In this document: positions 8,524 to 17,100 of the stretch, one piece after another
Numbering within the stretch: the first letter of the stretch is position 1
How the letters are laid out: the number at the start of each line of letters is the position of its first letter
NCBI GenBank assembly: GCA_037444665.1
Contig: JBBILZ010000039.1
Location: 1 to 22,929, forward strand
Length of the DNA: 22,929 nucleotides
Direction of reading: 5' to 3'
Origin: a candidate division WOR-3 bacterium
GTDB taxonomy: Bacteria > Hydrothermota > Tepidihabitantia > SM23-42 > JAOAFX01
Translations under genes and position numbers: made by a program
The notes under the pieces: model-generated
Told to the model about the DNA's origin: nothing
The model's input: the letters and a program-made list of their open reading frames with translations, nothing else
Databases searched by the model: none

Positions 8524-9069
8524 GTGTCCTTCCGCTATGAATTTAGATTGAGTGGCTCTGGAGGTCAGGGATTGATTCTTGCAGGCAAGATTCTTGCTGA
8601 GGCAGCAGCAATCTATGATGGCAAGAATGCCACCCAGAGTCAATCCTATGGACCTGAGGCAAGGGGAGGTTCAAGCCGGTCCGAGGTTATAATCAGTGAT
8701 GAGGACATTGATTATCCTAAGGCAGTGAATATAGATTTTTTACTTGCCTTTACCCAGGAGGCATGTGATAAATATCTGCGTGATGTAAAAGAGAATGGAA
8801 TCGTGCTCGTAGATTCATCTTATGTAACTAATTGCCCCCAGGGAAAATATAAGATTTATTCAGTTCCTATTACTGAGATTGCCGAGAAAGAAGTGGGTAA
8901 GACTCTTGTGGCAAATATTGTTGCACTGGGTATGATAACCGAACTTACTGGTGTAGTATCAAAGGAAGCAGTAGAATCAACAATACTTTCGCGCGTTCCA
9001 AAAGGAACTGAAGAATTAAATATCAAGGCATTCCGTACGGGTGTTTCTACTGCCCAGAAACTGAAATAA
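8524..9069 (+). CDS. korC: 2-oxoacid:ferredoxin oxidoreductase gamma subunit
   Basis: GGAGG then GTG start; GSGGQGLILAG, QSYGPEARGG, ANIVALG, NIKAF. Confidence 0.93.
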   Translation: MSFRYEFRLSGSGGQGLILAGKILAEAAAIYDGKNATQSQSYGPEARGGSSRSEVIISDEDIDYPKAVNIDFLLAFTQEACDKYLRDVKENGIVLVDSSYVTNCPQGKYKIYSVPITEIAEKEVGKTLVANIVALGMITELTGVVSKEAVESTILSRVPKGTEELNIKAFRTGVSTAQKLK

Positions 9070-9078
9070 CAGAAATTC

Positions 9079-10977
9079 CTATCTGACAACAATCAGTTTT
9101 CTAAAAACTTTATCAATGTTGATATAATAGATTCCTGCACAGGCAGGTGTATAATTTAATTTATCAGTAATTTTTTTCAAAACACATCTGCCCGTGACAT
9201 CGTAAATCTTCACATCCCTTGGTTGTGAAAATTCCAATTTTATTGTTTTATGAATTGTAGGAATGCTCAAGCCATTAATATAATGGTTCGTGTGTTTCTC
9301 CATAACACCGGTAACCGTGTTCATTTGTATTATCCAGTGGTCGGGGTCTACTACAATGCTCATTGGCTCCTGGCTGAGCAGATATTCAAAATGCTGTGGT
9401 GTTTGATTTATTGGCAATACCACATTTGTATCACTATTAGAAAAATTTATGCGGACAGGCAGGGGAATATGGAATACTGAGGGTCCAATAGTTTGAATCT
9501 GCGAAATATCAAGGCTTAATCGCCAGTTTGGTGTCTCATACAATTTTCCCCAGAGCACACTATATTTTGGATAGCCCATACTATAAACATATTCATCAAA
9601 AAACCAGTCATAGTTGTTATTGAGAACTTGATTCATTATTCGGTTCAGGTCATCAGTAGATGCACTGGCATAGGCAAATGAATCGCGATAAGTTGATAAT
9701 AGATTGAGCCATACACTATCACTTCCACAGAGATAGCGAATCATATGTAGTATCCATGAGCCCTTACAATAACTGTGTCCCCAGGCGAAGATAAGATTTG
9801 AAGGTGGGTTGTAAATTGGATGTGGGTTTGAGTTTTCCGCGCCAAAGTATGCACTCAATCTTGAGAGCATTAGATTAATGAAGGCATTATGCCCTTCCCT
9901 TCTCTCCAGATAGAGTGCATCGCAGTATGTGGCAAATCCTTCATTGAGCCATACATTTTGCCAGCCAAAACAGGTCACCATATCACCCCACCACTGATGG
10001 GAGAGTTCATGTGCCATACCATAATAATCATTGGAAATGAGCCATTGTCTATGGATTGTGCTCATTGTTTGATGTTCCATCCCACCATAGGTAAATGGAT
10101 TTACCACATCCATTCCATATCTTTCAAATGGATAATCACCAAATAGAGAGTCATAAAAATAGAGCATATCAGTAGTTAAAGAGAACGCAGTTGGTGCATA
10201 GATTGAATCCTGTGGCCAGAAGTAATATTTTACCTCAATACTTTCACCTGGTGCAGGATAATACCAATTTGAATAAGTATTATAAATACTTGAGGCAAAA
10301 TGGATGAGATAAGGTGATATTGGATAATTATGCTTCCAGTGGTATGTAGCAAAGCCCTGATTAACAGTCTTACCAAGATATTCGCCAGTAGCACAGACTG
10401 TGAATGAGTCAGGCACTGTGATATAAAACTCAACACCATAATCTGCTTTGTCCCATAATCTATCATAACAAGGAAACCAGCGTTTTTCTGCGAAAGGACA
10501 ACCCAGGGTATATGAGATTGGATGAAGACTTTGATACCAGAGATAGCCCATAGTGCCTGATGCAGTTCCACTGTATCCTACCATTACATTGAATGAGTCA
10601 CCCTGATTGTAACTTTGAGGTAGATTTATGAGCAGGGTATCAGCAATGTGATTATAAGTGGCAGGAATAGCATCAACCTTGATTGAATCAACATTCAATC
10701 CTGCCAGATAAAGGTCTATCTGAGTTAAGTTATACATATTACTACGCATTGCAATGGTTACTGTGCCGGCAAGATAGCGTGATGTCATTGGCAGGTTAAG
10801 TTTTATTAAATAGTGTAATACATCGTATGAATGGGTAGACTCTGCCCTTACCGGTTCAGGATAGAACACCTCTTTGTTTTCAATGTTCTGAAAAGATTGG
10901 CTGAATATAGAACTTGCTCCGAGAATCAGGATTAGAATGAGTTTGTGCCAGTTAAACTTAAAATTTATGTATTTCAT
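9079..10977 (-). CDS. Secreted M1-family zinc aminopeptidase with T9SS-like C-terminal sorting domain
   Basis: Signal peptide; YDVLHY, WFPCYD, GGMEH, HELSHQWWG-x-WLNEGFA (HExxH-x18-E), YCKG; C-terminus VKIYDVTGR...AGIYYI...KLIVVR. Confidence 0.92.
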   Translation of the reverse strand: MKYINFKFNWHKLILILILGASSIFSQSFQNIENKEVFYPEPVRAESTHSYDVLHYLIKLNLPMTSRYLAGTVTIAMRSNMYNLTQIDLYLAGLNVDSIKVDAIPATYNHIADTLLINLPQSYNQGDSFNVMVGYSGTASGTMGYLWYQSLHPISYTLGCPFAEKRWFPCYDRLWDKADYGVEFYITVPDSFTVCATGEYLGKTVNQGFATYHWKHNYPISPYLIHFASSIYNTYSNWYYPAPGESIEVKYYFWPQDSIYAPTAFSLTTDMLYFYDSLFGDYPFERYGMDVVNPFTYGGMEHQTMSTIHRQWLISNDYYGMAHELSHQWWGDMVTCFGWQNVWLNEGFATYCDALYLERREGHNAFINLMLSRLSAYFGAENSNPHPIYNPPSNLIFAWGHSYCKGSWILHMIRYLCGSDSVWLNLLSTYRDSFAYASASTDDLNRIMNQVLNNNYDWFFDEYVYSMGYPKYSVLWGKLYETPNWRLSLDISQIQTIGPSVFHIPLPVRINFSNSDTNVVLPINQTPQHFEYLLSQEPMSIVVDPDHWIIQMNTVTGVMEKHTNHYINGLSIPTIHKTIKLEFSQPRDVKIYDVTGRCVLKKITDKLNYTPACAGIYYINIDKVFRKLIVVR

Positions 10978-10990
10978 AACTCTCCTTTTT

Positions 10991-11015
10991 TACTACTTAC
11001 TACCTACTACATACT
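10991..11015 (-). repeat. 7-bp tandem repeat (AGTATGT AGTAGGT AGTAAGT) overlapping the speB stop
   Basis: Same unit variants as 3171-3205. Confidence 0.6.
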
Positions 11016-11818
11016 ACTAAAACCATTTCTCTCAAAATATCAGCGACGAGTGAACCTGATGCCCAGGGTGATGTTGCGAGAGGATTGTATTCTACAATAT
11101 CAGCACCAATAATCTTTCGGTTTCTTAATAACAAGAGTGAATCTATCAGCTCTTTAAAAGTAATACCATTTGGCTCAGGTGTGGCAACTGCAGGCAATGC
11201 AGACGGGTCAATGACATCTACATCAATGGTAATATATATCGGGTCAGGAATCTTATTAATAATCTTTTTGAGGGGTTGAAATGCGCTAAAGCGGAACAGG
11301 TTTTTATTTAGTCCAAACTCCTGCTCTGTGCCAGAGCGAATACCGAATTGATAAATATTTTTTAAGCCAACAACTTCACTTACCCTTTTTATTGCTGTTG
11401 CATGAGATATCTTTTCACCATGATAATCATCTCTTAAGTCTGCATGGGCATCAAAATGTATAACAGAAAATTTTTTTATAACACGGCTGATACCTTTAAT
11501 TATAGGAAAAGATATGGTATGCTCACCACCAAGGAATATTGTAGTCTTTCCCTTTTTATATAATTCAAATGCCTTTTGTTCCATCTCCTTAATTTGATTT
11601 TCAGTATGAAATTCATAATCACCAAGGTCAGCAATCTTTAATGACTCAAGTGTGCGATTCTGATAAGGTGAAAACCATTCAATATTTTCAGTGCACATTC
11701 TTATATACCTGGGACCGAACCGAGAACCAGGAATAAATGAAGAAGTTCGGTCAAACGGAAAGCCAATGAGCACAATTTCTGCTTGCTTTAGATTTGAATT
11801 GGCATATTCAATTATCAT
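11000..11818 (-). CDS. speB: Agmatinase (ureohydrolase family)
   Basis: PFDRTSSFIPGSRFGP, GGEHTIS, HFDAHADLRD, GIRSG, YITIDVDVIDP, TPEPNG, ADIVEYNP. Confidence 0.92.
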   Translation of the reverse strand: MIIEYANSNLKQAEIVLIGFPFDRTSSFIPGSRFGPRYIRMCTENIEWFSPYQNRTLESLKIADLGDYEFHTENQIKEMEQKAFELYKKGKTTIFLGGEHTISFPIIKGISRVIKKFSVIHFDAHADLRDDYHGEKISHATAIKRVSEVVGLKNIYQFGIRSGTEQEFGLNKNLFRFSAFQPLKKIINKIPDPIYITIDVDVIDPSALPAVATPEPNGITFKELIDSLLLLRNRKIIGADIVEYNPLATSPWASGSLVADILREMVLVVCSR

Positions 11819-11839
11819 ATTTTTTTCCTTTTATAAATT

Positions 11840-12556
11840 TTATGCGACTTTTGTATAACCCAGGGCACCGACCATAGTAATTGCCCTTATTGGACAGACT
11901 TCAAAACATCTACCACAGCCAATACACTTTTCTTTGATAATGATATGGCGATTATTTAATTTTCCTTCTATTGCATCAAACTGGCAGACTTTAACACATT
12001 CACCACAGCCATCACATTTCAGCGAAATAATGCCATAAGGTCTTGCAATGGCACGGTCAACAAAACAATTAACAGGACATTTATGAAAACAGATGCCACA
12101 GGAATTACATTTTTCATAATTTATAATGGGTAGATTATTTTCTATTCTAATCGCACCTTCATAGGGGCAGACATCAACACAGATGCCACAGCCAGTGCAA
12201 CCAAATTTACAAATTGATTTAACGAGATCTTCTTTATCAAGGGATTTACAACCGAGATAGATTAACTGGGCACGAGGGATTAATTCCAGAACATTTCTTG
12301 GACATTCTTTTACACAAATACCACAACCATTACATTTATCCGCGTCAATAATTGGTAGATGGTCTTTGCCCATTGTAATGGCATTGAGCGGGCAGACCTT
12401 AACGCAGTGTCCATCTCCAAGGCAGCCAAATCTACACGCTTTGTTGCCATTAAAAAGTGTATAATTTAACCAGCAATCTTTTGGTCCTTGATACACATAA
12501 AGGTTATGGGCATTTGTGCCGCCCTTGCATCTCAGAACACAGACCAGGTCTTCCAT
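11840..12556 (-). CDS. RnfB-like polyferredoxin lacking the N-terminal membrane anchor
   Basis: KACRFGCLGDGHCVKVCP as in RnfB; five more CxxCxxCxxxC motifs; no TM segment. Confidence 0.85.
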   Translation of the reverse strand: MEDLVCVLRCKGGTNAHNLYVYQGPKDCWLNYTLFNGNKACRFGCLGDGHCVKVCPLNAITMGKDHLPIIDADKCNGCGICVKECPRNVLELIPRAQLIYLGCKSLDKEDLVKSICKFGCTGCGICVDVCPYEGAIRIENNLPIINYEKCNSCGICFHKCPVNCFVDRAIARPYGIISLKCDGCGECVKVCQFDAIEGKLNNRHIIIKEKCIGCGRCFEVCPIRAITMVGALGYTKVA

Positions 12557-12561
12557 TTGGT

Positions 12562-12858
12562 TTAAAGGTCTTTGATCAATTCTAAAAACTTTTTGTATGG
12601 GATTGCGGTCCAGGATTCAGCAGATACTGCACCACCAGAGAGGCTTATCATTGAAACTTTGGCTGCGGTCTCTTCATTTGGTGCTTCATAAATATCCAGA
12701 AAATCATAAGGACCCAGGAGTGCATAATGGGCAAGGAATTTTACTTCAGGGCAATCTTTTTTTACCCTTTCCATCCATTGCCTTCCAATCTCTGCTCTTT
12801 TTTTGACATCTTTGGTCAGTTCAGGTGAAAGTTTTGTTGCTAAAATATATGTTCCCAT
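12562..12858 (-). CDS. GYD domain-containing protein
   Basis: YALLGPYDFLDIYEAPNEETAAKVS; GGAG SD upstream. Confidence 0.85.
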   Translation of the reverse strand: MGTYILATKLSPELTKDVKKRAEIGRQWMERVKKDCPEVKFLAHYALLGPYDFLDIYEAPNEETAAKVSMISLSGGAVSAESWTAIPYKKFLELIKDL

Positions 12859-12876
12859 AAAAACTCCTTTGTAGAG

Positions 12877-12904
12877 ATTATATTCTGATTATGTCTTCAG
12901 TCAA
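12877..12904 (-). promoter_or_regulatory. Sigma70 promoter for the GYD-ferredoxin-speB-peptidase cluster
   Basis: TTGACT-N16-TATAAT on the minus strand. Confidence 0.7.
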
Positions 12905-12981
12905 TACCTGAAATATTTGGGTCTTTACGAGTATCCTCACCTAATAACCAATAACCATCTTTTTGTTTTGGTCAAGATTGC

Positions 12982-13009
12982 TTGACTTCATAATAAATTC
13001 AAGTATAAT
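12982..13009 (+). promoter_or_regulatory. Sigma70 promoter of rfbD
   Basis: TTGACT-N16-TATAAT, 9 nt before ATG 13019. Confidence 0.7.
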
Positions 13010-13018
13010 GATTAACTA

Positions 13019-13864
13019 ATGAAGGTTTTTATCACTGGCGCCCAGGGATGCCTTGGTCTGGCAATGCAACACATATTGAGAAAGAAAAATGTAAATTTTT
13101 TTGGCATTGACCTGCCCCAATTTGATATTACAGATTACCGAAAATTGAACGAAGCAATATTGAATTACCGACCCGATGTCATACTTCACTTTGCCGCAAT
13201 CAGTGATGTGGATGAATGCGAAAGAAACCCTGAACTGGCACTACGCACCAATTGTCTGGCAACCCTTGGTATTGCCACAGTTGCCCACAAAGTTAATGCC
13301 AAACTTTTGTATACAAGCACAAACTTTGTATTTGATGGAAATACTGAAGAGCCATATTTTGAATTTGCTGAACCGAGACCGCTTAGTGAGTATGGAAAAA
13401 CAAAATATCTTGGTGAAAAATATATAAAAGAAATCTATCAACGTTATTTTATTGTGCGGACTGCCTGGCTCTTTGGCAAAAATTCTAAAACTTTTGCCAG
13501 TAGATTTCTTCAACAGAAAGATAAGCCACATTCAATAAGCGTTATCTGTGACCAGATGGGTTCTTTTACTTATGTAGAAGACCTTGCTGAGGCAATCTTT
13601 TTGATTATTAAATCAGAAAACTATGGCACCTATCATATTACTAATGCAGGTTCAGGCACGTGGCTCGATTTTATGCTCAAGGCAAAGGAGTTGATGAAAT
13701 TTAATACAGAATTAATTCCAGTAAAGACCGAAGAACTTAATCTTCCTGCACCCCGTCCGGGATTTGCTGTGCTCGGTTCAAAAAATTATGAATTTTTGTT
13801 TGACAAAAAGATGAGGAGCTGGCAGGAGGCACTTGCCGATTTTATAAAGATTCTGAAAATGTAG
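13019..13864 (+). CDS. rfbD: dTDP-4-dehydrorhamnose reductase
   Basis: ITGAQGCLG, HFAAISDVDECE, STNFVFDG, YGKTK (YxxxK), RTAWLFG, DQMGSFTYVEDLA, APRP. Confidence 0.93.
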   Translation: MKVFITGAQGCLGLAMQHILRKKNVNFFGIDLPQFDITDYRKLNEAILNYRPDVILHFAAISDVDECERNPELALRTNCLATLGIATVAHKVNAKLLYTSTNFVFDGNTEEPYFEFAEPRPLSEYGKTKYLGEKYIKEIYQRYFIVRTAWLFGKNSKTFASRFLQQKDKPHSISVICDQMGSFTYVEDLAEAIFLIIKSENYGTYHITNAGSGTWLDFMLKAKELMKFNTELIPVKTEELNLPAPRPGFAVLGSKNYEFLFDKKMRSWQEALADFIKILKM

Positions 13865-14047
13865 TTGCCCGATTTATCGGGCATAAACAAAATTTTTTTC
13901 TCTGTAGGGACAGGGCTTGCCCCTGTCCAAAAATGTTTTCGGACAACCACAAGAGCTTACCCTGAACCCTGGCCTGGCGCCAGGCCAGGGTTGATTCAGG
14001 GGGTTGTCCCTACAAAAAATAGAAAGCCTCATAAATGAGGCAACTAC
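13861..14047. repeat. Nested REP/REPIN-like palindrome cluster
   Basis: Outer inverted GTAGTTGCC REP pair (13861-13882, 14026-14047); inner GTAGGGACA pair (13904-13928, 13941-14013); 48-bp insert containing a perfect 28-bp palindrome (13965-13992). Confidence 0.85.
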
Positions 14048-14130
14048 AATAATATTGACAATATTAAACAGACTGTGAAGTTGGAAAGGACCCAGGGTTT
14101 GACCACCACTGTATTCAGGATTTCTTTTTA

Positions 14131-14158
14131 TTGACAAAATGGAAAAAAGGGATAGACT
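14131..14158 (+). promoter_or_regulatory. Sigma70 promoter of the kinase-activator gene
   Basis: TTGACA-N16-TAGACT; the ORF-track TTG start coincides with the -35 box; in-frame GTG 8 nt after the -10. Confidence 0.6.
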
Positions 14159-14166
14159 ATTTTATT

Positions 14167-17100
14167 GTGGCTAAACCGAGCGTGCAAATCCCGGGTTATA
14201 AATTAAAAACAAGACTGGAGATAGGCAATTATGCCATAGTATATGAAGCACAGGATAAAAAGGGTAATGATTTAATTATAAAAATTTCCCGTGAGAACAC
14301 AAAGGAATTTAACGAACTTGTCAGCCGTGAATTTCAAATCCTTGCGAAATTTAAACATCCCAATATTGTTCGGGTTGAAGACTATGGAACAACCAAGCAG
14401 GGAAGGGCATTCTTTACACTTGAATATGTGAAAGGAAAACCGATAAATAAATGTTTTCACGAATTCAATCAAGAATTTATTCTTGCAATTATTCAGGTGC
14501 TCAATGGTATAGGTGCATTCCATAATAAAAACTTTATTCATTGTGACCTGAAACCAGAGCATATACTTTATGATGCAGAGCAGAAAAAATGTGTTATTAT
14601 TGATTTTGGTTTTGCCGGCATCTCAACGAGTAGAATAAAAGAGTATGGCACTATTGGATACATTGCCCCTGAGGTACTAAAGGGGATTGGTATTGACCAG
14701 CGTAGTGACCTATATTCGCTTGGTGTGATAATCTATGAAGTATTATCAGGAAATAGGCCGGTCAAACCATACAAAGATATCATCAATATTCCGGCTGAGA
14801 TAAATAATATTATCAAAATGTTACTCTCTGATGAGCCATCAGTGCGACCTGCGGTTCCCTTTTTATATGAAACCTTCACACGGTATCTTCCCAAAAAACT
14901 GATTGAGGTACCTTATTATCAGGTCCAATTGCCCATTACCAGTTTTGTGAAGAGTCCTGAGTTTATGGAAAATCTATTAAATCTAAGAGCCGGGACCGTG
15001 GTTGTGAGCGGTGATATGGGTTCAGGTAAGACCCGTTTATTAAAGGAATTGACATATGAGTTTATATTCAGGGATTATGAAGTCTTCTTTTTTACAGGTG
15101 AAACACCATTTCATACTTCATTGTGCAATTATATTGATTGCCCGGACCTGGACCTTTCTCAAAAAGAGGACAGGTACCAGGTCTATGCCGAGATTACAGA
15201 ACAGGTCCTCCAATATGGCAGAAACAAAAATTTTGTTATGATGGTTGATGACCTTGATAATCTGAGTGATTACGACCTCGGTCTATTCCGTTATCTTGGA
15301 CACTGTTTGCAGAAAACATCAATATCTTTAATCGGTGCGGGCAAGCCTGACCCGAGAATAAAAGATTTAAATTTTTTTGAGTTATTTTTAAATCCTTTTT
15401 CAAAAGATGAAATTAAAGAATTGATTGAGAAGACATTTTTCCAGTTCAATATAAAAGGGGATAAAGACCTGAACTGGTTTGTTGATTGGTTACATAAACA
15501 TAGTGGTGGCAATCCCTTGTTCATAACAGAGATTTTAAAGACTCTCTGTAGTCAGGGTGTATTATATTATATTGTAAACAGATGGGAGATAAACGCAGAT
15601 AAACTGGAGGGCATTGTAATTCCTGAGAAAATAGAGGAGGCTATAAATAGAAGATTAGAGGGATTGAATCAAAAAGAGATAGAACTTTTAGAAATCCTCA
15701 CACTGACAGATTGTTTATTAGAACTGGGCACTATTCAGGGCATCATTTCATCGTCACCAGATGTTGAACTGGAAATATTGAAGATACTCGGTCTGATACG
15801 GGAAGAGCATATTGGAGGAAAGAGGTTCTTCAGCCTTTCAAATAAGATATTAAAAATGCTCCTTGAGCAGAAGGTAGAAAGGGGAGAGATAGAGAAGGTC
15901 AGTGAAAAGATTATTCATACACTTGAACAGACTGCGCCATTGCACAAACATTATTATCCAGTGATTGCACATCTATGTGAACGGGTCAATGATAAAGAAA
16001 GGGCATTCAGATATTTTCTTATGTCTGCAAATGAGGCTGAGATTGCCAGGGACTTTAATAATGCAATAGCATACTACATAAAGATAATTGACCGTGCAAA
16101 GGATTTTGAACCTGCACATTATCCTGAATTTTTATTGACCATTGCTGACCTATATTATAAGAGCGGCAAGTATGCGCAGGCGATTGAATATTACAGTGAT
16201 GTGATTAAAAAGGCAGATGGTGTATTAAAGATTAAAGGTCTGTCAGGTCTGGGTAAGGTCTATTCTACTACAGGTGAGCATAAACTTGCCATCCAATATC
16301 TTCAGGAAGCACTGAAGAGGATTAAAAATAAGAAGACCAGGGAATATCTTGAGAACATTAATCGGCTCGCATATTCAATGGCACAGCTCAAAGATTTTGA
16401 TAGTGCAGAAAACCTTTTAAAAGAGTCTTTAATCTTATCACAGGAGGCAAAAGATTATGAATCAGAAGCAGAGGCACTCTATTATTCAGCGAGCCTTGCC
16501 TGGTTCAAGAACGAGATTGAGAAGGGCAAAGGGCTCTGTGAAAGTTTGATTCGTTTCTGTGAGACACATAAACTGAATAAACAACTAACATACGCAGCAA
16601 ACCTCTTGAGTTCTTTTGCTATCCAGACCAGTGATATTGATACAGGCTTAAACGCAATTGAAACGGCGATAACAGGGTTTGAACAATTAAAAAATGATGA
16701 TGCACTTGTGAATGCATTGATAAATAAGGGGTTGCTCCTGATGCATAAGGAAAACTTGAAAACTGTAATAGATATTTATGAAGATGCACTTACAAAGGCA
16801 CAGAAGACCGATAACAAACCGAGCCATAACTCTATATTTATGAGTCTCGCAAGTCTATATGAAGAGTCAGGAAACTTTGAAAAGGCAATTGAATACTATT
16901 GTAAATGCCTTGAGATTGAGCCTGATGCAGTATATGCAAATTATAATATTGCAATGGTCTATATAAAGATGGGTGATTTTAATAAGGCAGAGCAGGTTTT
17001 TGAACAGAAGATTAAGAATAATGATGAGGTATTATATAATATTGGCACTGGTATGTTATATTTGTTTATGGACAAAAAAGAGCGAGCAAGACAGATAATT

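Noticed and set aside
13874..14137. 87-aa minus-strand ORF
   Set aside because: Runs across the nested REP cluster and the activator promoter; no protein features.
14131..14166. ORF-track N-terminal extension of the activator
   Set aside because: The TTG is the -35 hexamer of a promoter; GTG 14167 is the more plausible start.
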